Shown: one piece after another, positions 7,698-12,499 of the stretch
How the letters are laid out: the number at the start of each line of letters is the position of its first letter
How positions within the stretch are numbered: the stretch's first letter is position 1
Assembly (NCBI GenBank): GCA_029858565.1
Contig: JAOUEV010000082.1
Location: 1-12,499, forward strand
Origin: Nitrospirota bacterium
Lineage (GTDB): Bacteria > Nitrospirota > UBA9217
Length of the DNA: 12,499 nucleotides
Direction of reading: 5' to 3'
Translations under genes and position numbers: made by a program
The notes under the pieces: model-generated
Seen by the model: the letters and a program-made list of their open reading frames with translations, nothing else
Told to the model about the DNA's origin: nothing
Databases searched by the model: none

Positions 7698-8900
7698 TCA
7701 CATATCATTAAGTTCGCATGACTCAGAAATTTCAGCGAGATATTCCGGCTTGACATATTTGATGATGGTCTTAATCTTTGGCAATTCTTCTTTGATTTTT
7801 GAAAAAGATATGAAGCGGCACATTTCAGATAGGGGCGGGCTCATTTTAGAAAACGTGGGGCGGTTAATTTCCGCCACCACTTTATCTCTGCGAGAGTCGG
7901 GCGCGACCAGATAGAGAGGGATATTAATATTCGGCTGCATTGCGATCAGGTCGGACATTCGCAATAAACCGGAATATATTGATGTCGTGCTTTCGATCTC
8001 GAAGGCCGCCATAATGGAATTTCCTCTGAGCCAAAGAACATCAATGTGTTCGATGGTCTTATTCGTCTGGCTGTCGAACTGGAGGGGAAGCTCCTGCTTT
8101 ATTCGAGGGATGTCAGAAAAAATCACACCGTCATGCTGTTTGTTTTTGTCGTTTCTTGCCGCCCAAATGTCAAAACCCATGTCCACACCGAGACGCAATA
8201 GGAGATATTGAATTTCAGTGTGTTCATTTGTTGAAATGACAGGTTCACGCGGCTCTTCTTTCTCGGTATAAACTTCTGCCTCAAGCATTTGTTCAGGCGT
8301 TGAAGGAATATCTTTCGAGTAGGTTTCCCACAATTTCCGAGCGTATGGTAAGAAGTCTCTGCCATCCCACTCAGACACGATTTTCTTCTGCATTGTGCTT
8401 ATTGGCGTTCCGGGGGCGGATTTCGAGGCAGCCTCAAGAACTCTTCGTCGAAAAATATTGATGCAGCTTGGTTTGTCGAGACTATTTTGATAATGGAACG
8501 CAATCTTCCACTTGTATGAATCGCCCAAGTCCACTTGATCAATGCGCTCAAGCTCATTCCTTTGAACGGCGTCAATCGTTTCTAGAATCTGAAGTTTGAC
8601 GTTTTCGAAAGCTTCTTTTTCGGACTCGCCATATTTGCGCATCCAACCGTAACTGTCAGAGTAAAACCGTCCACCGACATTTTCTCTTTCACCCTTATCA
8701 TCACGCGAATAGATGCCGAATTTGAAAGAAGACCCGCCCCAAATGGAGCCTAATTTTTCAAGTTTCGCCTCTATCCAGTAAGTGAACGTATCTTTCCTTC
8801 CACAATTTGTATATTCCGGAAGCGTCATTGATTTTATTTTATCGACAGGCCAAGCTCTTTTAAACTCCTGCCAGAGACCGTAATCATTGGTCATGCTCAT
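7698..8900 (-). CDS. Putative restriction-type nuclease: N-terminal domain like that of McrB-like AAA GTPases + C-terminal PD-(D/E)XK-like domain
   Basis: 400 aa with AAGGAG RBS. N-terminus WP..I..MTL.EYT....DTFTYWIE..LGSIWGGSSFKFGIY, acidic linker, then HTEIQYLL...IDVLW...AAFEIESTTSIYSGLLRMSDL. No Walker A motif. Confidence 0.7.
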   Translation of the reverse strand: MSMTNDYGLWQEFKRAWPVDKIKSMTLPEYTNCGRKDTFTYWIEAKLEKLGSIWGGSSFKFGIYSRDDKGERENVGGRFYSDSYGWMRKYGESEKEAFENVKLQILETIDAVQRNELERIDQVDLGDSYKWKIAFHYQNSLDKPSCINIFRRRVLEAASKSAPGTPISTMQKKIVSEWDGRDFLPYARKLWETYSKDIPSTPEQMLEAEVYTEKEEPREPVISTNEHTEIQYLLLRLGVDMGFDIWAARNDKNKQHDGVIFSDIPRIKQELPLQFDSQTNKTIEHIDVLWLRGNSIMAAFEIESTTSIYSGLLRMSDLIAMQPNINIPLYLVAPDSRRDKVVAEINRPTFSKMSPPLSEMCRFISFSKIKEELPKIKTIIKYVKPEYLAEISESCELNDM

Positions 8901-8946
8901 GGTACTTCTCCTTTATTTTGACGCTGATCTATGCCGCTTTTGTCCT

Positions 8947-9001
8947 GGACCACGCGCGCGTGAGGAACGCGATAGCGTTTCTCTCGAGGCGCAGGTTGGA
9001 T
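8947..9001 (-). mobile_element. attC site with damaged R' box (55 bp)
   Basis: Minus strand: ATCCAAC(perfect RYYYAAC)-CTGCG-CCTCGAG-AGAAACGCTATCGCGTTC-CTCACG-CGCGC-GTGGTCC. Extra C in L'' as in the intact site. R' reads GTG instead of GTT. Confidence 0.8.
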
Positions 9002-9138
9002 TCAGCATTTCGTGTTCGTTATATCTACCGGCAACTCTATTCCATAGAAATCCACTCTGAGTAAGACGACTCATCGGATCAAAGGCAATGTGACTCTTGG
9101 ATGTAGTATTTCATATCGATTGCGCATTATTGCTCTCA

Positions 9139-10077
9139 CTAAGAATGATCATTTATTATCAGGGGCTGGCCAAATAGATTTATGTAAAGTTGAATATTTA
9201 CTTCTGTAGACAGGCTTTTCATCTTGCTTAACAGGGAACGCTTTGTTTCTTTGGTTGTTGCGGTTGCATCAGGGATTACTCGGACTTGATCATAATTCGG
9301 CCCGATCAAATGCTCTCGTAAAGCAGGTTCGTCCCCTCCCAACGGAAATGTAACAAAAAAGGTGTTGATCGTGCTTTTCTTACGAAACGCTTCTACTTTC
9401 TTATCGGTGGGGTCAATTTCTTTGTTAAAGAAAAAATCCATATTATCATGATCTATATCCACATAGCCGCTATCATTAACACCTATAAAATATGATTGAT
9501 AGTCGCCCGGATTTCCGAAGTAATACTCTTCATGGTAATGAATGCGCCGGGCACCAAGATTCGCAGTTATATTTTCCGGGGTGTGCGGAAAATCGCCAAA
9601 GCGTGTCTTGCCAAGAATTATATTAAAGGCAAGTGGGACGGCTTTTTTAATATCTTCGGGAGCCGATTTATCACCAGTAAAAGCGTGTTCAAGGATTCTG
9701 AACGAAGGATTGAAATCTGCTTTGCGGGTAGTAACCCCATACGCAAGAACACGACCAGAGGTGTCAGCCAAAACTTGAAGATAAAAATACTGGTTTCCGA
9801 ATATATACTCTTTTATTTTTTTTGATTCGGCGACAGACGATGCGTTCTTGGCCAACGCTTTTCGTTCCTGCATTACCTGGGGATTTGTTTCTTTTGGGGC
9901 GTTCCACCCAAAATAATAAATCAAGTAGCCTGCAATCAAAGCTGCGATCACAGTCAAGACGACGTATCCGATAGGTTTCTCATGCCATCTGTTTTTAGCG
10001 GGATTCTGACTGACAGTGGAACCTTCTTTATCGGAAATAACGATTAATGTTCTTCTTGTTTTCTTTTTCTTCGGCAT
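9139..10077 (-). CDS. Membrane-anchored hypothetical protein, ETEC_3214-domain-like
   Basis: 312 aa with GGAG RBS. Basic N-terminus and one TM helix (YVVLTVIAALIAGYLIYYFGW). Motifs YLQV...AYGVTTR..FNP, LGKTRF and YHEEYYFGNPGDYQSY recalled from this family. Confidence 0.65.
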   Translation of the reverse strand: MPKKKKTRRTLIVISDKEGSTVSQNPAKNRWHEKPIGYVVLTVIAALIAGYLIYYFGWNAPKETNPQVMQERKALAKNASSVAESKKIKEYIFGNQYFYLQVLADTSGRVLAYGVTTRKADFNPSFRILEHAFTGDKSAPEDIKKAVPLAFNIILGKTRFGDFPHTPENITANLGARRIHYHEEYYFGNPGDYQSYFIGVNDSGYVDIDHDNMDFFFNKEIDPTDKKVEAFRKKSTINTFFVTFPLGGDEPALREHLIGPNYDQVRVIPDATATTKETKRSLLSKMKSLSTEVNIQLYINLFGQPLIINDHS

Positions 10078-10084
10078 TCTTTCT

Positions 10085-10164
10085 CCGTAATGTTGAGCCG
10101 TTTGACGCGCCGCTTTTGGCGCGTGCTGTCGCTTTGCCTCGCCAGAAGCCAGCTATCGTTACTT
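10085..10164 (-). mobile_element. Degenerate attC site
   Basis: Minus strand starts AAGTAAC, overlapping the stop codon. Contains hairpin ACGCGCC-AAAAGC-GGCGCGT with the same CGCCAAAAGCGGCG core as the intact attC. Ends CTCAAC-ATTAC, with ATT where GTT is expected. Confidence 0.6.
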
Positions 10165-11349
10165 TTTCGACATATTCTTCAGTATTTGGCTGACTATATT
10201 ATCTGGTAATGTTGGGCTCGAATCCCCTTTCAACAACCCTGTATCTGCACGACTAAATATCGACTGCAGAACGATATGTCTGTCAGCATCTGTAACACCT
10301 TTCTCATGCAGTAGAGATAGGTAAACGTGGGTCAGTTGGTGTCGTTCCTTAGCATCGCGCGAAAGATGAAACGCACTAGTCGAGAGCCTGGTAAACAGCC
10401 TAACAATGTACACGCCTATTGATGCGATCAGAGCCAACAAAATTGTCATCTTAAGGCTGTCTAAGCTTAAACCCTTGCTACCCATATATCCATTAGGAAG
10501 CTGGTATAGTATCGACATTAATAGCAGTATCAACAATCCAGCTCCAGTAATAGCCCAGGTTCTCCACATTTTTCCCTTGTCAAAGTACTCTTTCGCCATG
10601 TTACTCCAATATTGTGCCGGACCTTCCAACCGAAGCTTTTCGTGATAATTTCGTTCTAATTTGTCGAGGTTCTCCGACCTATCTTTAATTAATTTATCTA
10701 ATGCTTTCTGAGTTTCATTTTTCCAGTTAGTAAGATTCTCTTGAAATGATGCATAGGAGCCCCCGATGTCATCAGTGCGCTTGAGGTAGTCTGCGTGGAG
10801 AAGGTTTAATTCCTGTACGTAACGCGATCTAAGTTCTTCTAGCGCTTTATATTCATTTTTTTCGGCTGATACACCCGTAGATTTATCATCGCCCTTGTAA
10901 AGAAATGCCATCAAATATCCCTGAAACTTATTTTTATCTTGAATATTACCGATCCTATTCTCAAACAAGTATTCGCATGCAGCGTCTGCATGCTGTTGGC
11001 TTTTACCGTAAATCGTCTTTAGGAACTGTGCCGTTGGTGTTGCCGAGTAAACCGCAGGAAATGAGTTCTTTCGCGCATTATCTATTGCATGTTGAAGATC
11101 ATGCCGTGCCGATCCTGCATCACGATTCGGCTGCAGCGCCTGCGTTAGCTGGTTAACGATATTTTGAAAATGGTTTCGAATGCCGGCGATATTTCCACTA
11201 TTACAGGAACTCCAGAAGCTCAATTCATTTTTCATTACATCAATAAAATGCTCAAGGCTAACAAAATGCAGTTCTTCCTTGTCGGGGAAAATAGTGATTC
11301 TGACTTGTTGACTTTTAAAGTGCTCTTCGAGGTCCTTATCGATTTCCAT
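10159..11349 (-). CDS. DUF6161-like protein: helical/coiled-coil region, two TM helices, conserved C-terminal tail
   Basis: 396 aa with GAGGGGG RBS. LRLEGPAQYW, two hydrophobic helices, SAFHLSRDAKER...YLSLL...IVLQSIFSRADTGLLKGD, recalled as typical of DUF6161. Confidence 0.72.
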   Translation of the reverse strand: MEIDKDLEEHFKSQQVRITIFPDKEELHFVSLEHFIDVMKNELSFWSSCNSGNIAGIRNHFQNIVNQLTQALQPNRDAGSARHDLQHAIDNARKNSFPAVYSATPTAQFLKTIYGKSQQHADAACEYLFENRIGNIQDKNKFQGYLMAFLYKGDDKSTGVSAEKNEYKALEELRSRYVQELNLLHADYLKRTDDIGGSYASFQENLTNWKNETQKALDKLIKDRSENLDKLERNYHEKLRLEGPAQYWSNMAKEYFDKGKMWRTWAITGAGLLILLLMSILYQLPNGYMGSKGLSLDSLKMTILLALIASIGVYIVRLFTRLSTSAFHLSRDAKERHQLTHVYLSLLHEKGVTDADRHIVLQSIFSRADTGLLKGDSSPTLPDNIVSQILKNMSKK

Positions 11350-11388
11350 ATTACCCCCTCAGTCTCAACAATACGTGCCTTTGACGCA

Positions 11389-11407
11389 ATCTAACATGTA
11401 GTTATCA
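11389..11407 (-). mobile_element. Putative attI site (L box - 5 bp - R box)
   Basis: Minus strand TGATAAC-TACAT-GTTAGAT. The R box matches GTTRRRY exactly, with attI1-like spacing, about 40 nt upstream of the first cassette gene and in the same orientation as the attC sites. Confidence 0.62.
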
Positions 11408-11410
11408 CAT

Positions 11411-11488
11411 TTCCCTATATAAGCCATACGTGGCCAATATAAGGAATTTATGCCTTATATTGGGAAGCTGCGATATTCCCAATATAGG
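11411..11488. repeat. Four copies of a (TTC)CC(A/T)ATATA(A)G motif in direct and inverted orientation
   Basis: TTCCCTATATAAG 11411-11423. CCAATATAAGG 11434-11444 and CCTTATATTGG 11453-11463 form a perfect 11-bp IR with an 8-bp spacer. TATATTGGGAA 11456-11466 and TTCCCAATATA 11476-11486 form a perfect 11-bp IR with a 9-bp spacer. Confidence 0.85.
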
Positions 11489-11648
11489 ACCTTTCATACA
11501 ATCTTCTCACTCCTTGACAACCCGCGCCATCAACTCCCTGTCCCCGCGAATCAATCCACACTGCACACGCCACAGCTTTTGCACGGGGTCACACTTTGCG
11601 CCAACCGCCTTCTGTCATAGGTTTGGGTTGTATGATTCTCTGAAGCTC

Positions 11649-11676
11649 AGCATATTGATCATAAGCTGTTGGGCAA
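11649..11676 (-). promoter_or_regulatory. Possible sigma70 promoter directed towards the cassette array (Pc-like)
   Basis: Minus strand TTGCCC-16 nt-TATGCT. Weak match only. Confidence 0.22.
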
Positions 11677-11762
11677 GGGACACCTTTTTGCCAACCTACA
11701 AAATACGAACCGTAACATGCAATCCATGGTGCCATCTGCCGTATCATGATTTCAGGAAGAAA

Positions 11763-12275
11763 TCAGGGCAACAATTTCACCGCTTCAATCTTGGAGACAC
11801 GATCTGGAGCTTTTGGAGTTCGTGCAGGATAGCCGACTGGAACGATTGCAACAGGCCTTAGATTATCGGGCAAGTCCAGAATGCCCATTATACTTTCCTC
11901 TTTAAACGCGCCGACCCAGCAGGTCCCCAGGCCGAGATCGTGGGCTGCAAGAAGCAGGTTCTGAATGCTCGCAGCGGTATCTTGGATGCAGTAGAGATGC
12001 TTTCCCCTGTCTCCGTAACGCGAGGCGCTGTGGTGGTCAACGCATGCGACAACCACAAGTGGCGCATGCGCGACGAAACTGGCAAGGTTCTGCTTGAGTT
12101 CCGCCTGTGCGAGCTTCTTTCGAATATCTTTATTGAAGACGAAATAGAATTTTCTGCTCTGGAGGTTTCCGGCGCTTGGCGCCCAGCGGAGTGCTTCAAT
12201 AAGGATATCAATCGCACTCTCAGGTATTTCCTGGTCCGTGAAATCTCGCACGCTCCGCCTATTTTTAATGATATC
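11763..12275 (-). CDS. Nitroreductase family protein (start uncertain)
   Basis: IIDIIKNRRSVRDF (the RRS lies upstream of the GTG called at 12251), WAPSAGNLQ, QDTAASIQNLLLAAHDLGLGTCWVGAF, PVAIVPVGYP. Confidence 0.88.
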   Translation of the reverse strand, partial: DIIKNRRSVRDFTDQEIPESAIDILIEALRWAPSAGNLQSRKFYFVFNKDIRKKLAQAELKQNLASFVAHAPLVVVACVDHHSASRYGDRGKHLYCIQDTAASIQNLLLAAHDLGLGTCWVGAFKEESIMGILDLPDNLRPVAIVPVGYPARTPKAPDRVSKIEAVKLLP

Positions 12276-12364
12276 AATTATCCTAGAGTTTCGAGCGAGC
12301 TGACCCGCTCGTCGCGATTTTTACGACGATTTCAGCATTGCCCTATTGATCTTTCACATAGCAT

Positions 12365-12499
12365 CTACGCGGCTTTTGGCAGTTTCCGCGTCGATGCGGC
12401 TGTTTCCGGCTCTTTCGGCGGCCCGAATTTCCGGGACTTCCGGTCCCACCACGCTCTGATCGGGAAGTGACCGAAAATCCTGACCAGACCCGACCGCAC
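12365..12499 (-). CDS. 3' end of an unidentified gene running off the window
   Basis: Open frame from the window edge, VRSGLVRIFGHFPIRAWWDRKSRKFGPPKEPETAASTRKLPKAA*, with host-like GC3-rich codons and TAG at 12365-12367. Confidence 0.5.
   Translation of the reverse strand: MRSGLVRIFGHFPIRAWWDRKSRKFGPPKEPETAASTRKLPKAA

Larger units (their letters stand above)
5500..11407 (-). mobile_element. Integron-type gene cassette array with no integrase in the window (CALIN-like, with attI-like site)
   Basis: Five co-oriented, lower-GC genes with short spacers, four attC or attC-like elements and an attI-like site. No tyrosine recombinase ORF nearby. Confidence 0.82.

Noticed and set aside
9004-9126. 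Small ORF between the ETEC_3214-like gene and the attC
   Set aside because: Interrupted by a TGA after 18 codons, with no recognisable similarity.
10105-10124. GC hairpin as a rho-independent terminator
   Set aside because: No U-tract after the stem, and the core is shared with the attC at 5500-5558, so an attC remnant explains it better.
11411-11463. Chromosomal dif / XerCD site
   Set aside because: The spacer is 8 bp rather than 6 and there is no TTATGTTAAAT-like XerD arm. Kept only as a generic repeat.
11514-11519. Perfect TTGACA on the plus strand as a possible PintI promoter
   Set aside because: No -10 element at 16-18 nt and no credible downstream gene.
11717-11734. Sigma-54 promoter-like TGGCAC...TTGCA on the minus strand
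   Set aside because: Spacing is 6 nt rather than the strict 5 nt.
11430-11861. 143-aa plus-strand ORF as a possible integrase remnant
   Set aside because: No tyrosine recombinase motifs (R...HxxR...Y). It overlaps the repeat cluster and the nitroreductase 3' end.
11940-12470. 176-aa plus-strand ORF and 129-aa alternative minus-strand ORF
   Set aside because: Both overlap the well-supported nitroreductase frame and have no motifs.

Overview
The window has three parts. (1) 48-5408 (+): a GC-rich signalling operon encoding a vWA/MIDAS protein, a Zn-ribbon-FHA protein, a multi-pass membrane FHA-vWA-FHA-Zn-ribbon protein and a Hanks-type Ser/Thr kinase, with 7-bp and 8-bp tandem repeats in the spacers. 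(2) ~5500-11490 (-): a visibly more AT-rich block of five co-oriented genes that looks like an integron cassette array. It has one textbook 59-bp attC (5500-5558), three decayed attC sites and an attI-like site (11389-11407) followed by four copies of a repeat motif, but no integrase in the window. The cargo looks defence-like: a 6x Zn-ribbon-HEPN protein, a small Zn-finger protein, a putative reader-PD-(D/E)XK nuclease, an ETEC_3214-like membrane protein and a DUF6161-like membrane protein. R-box complementarity suggests the five genes were welded into two composite cassettes. (3) 11763-12499 (-): a nitroreductase with a problematic 5' end and the 3' end of an upstream gene. All family assignments come from motif recognition by eye, not database searches.
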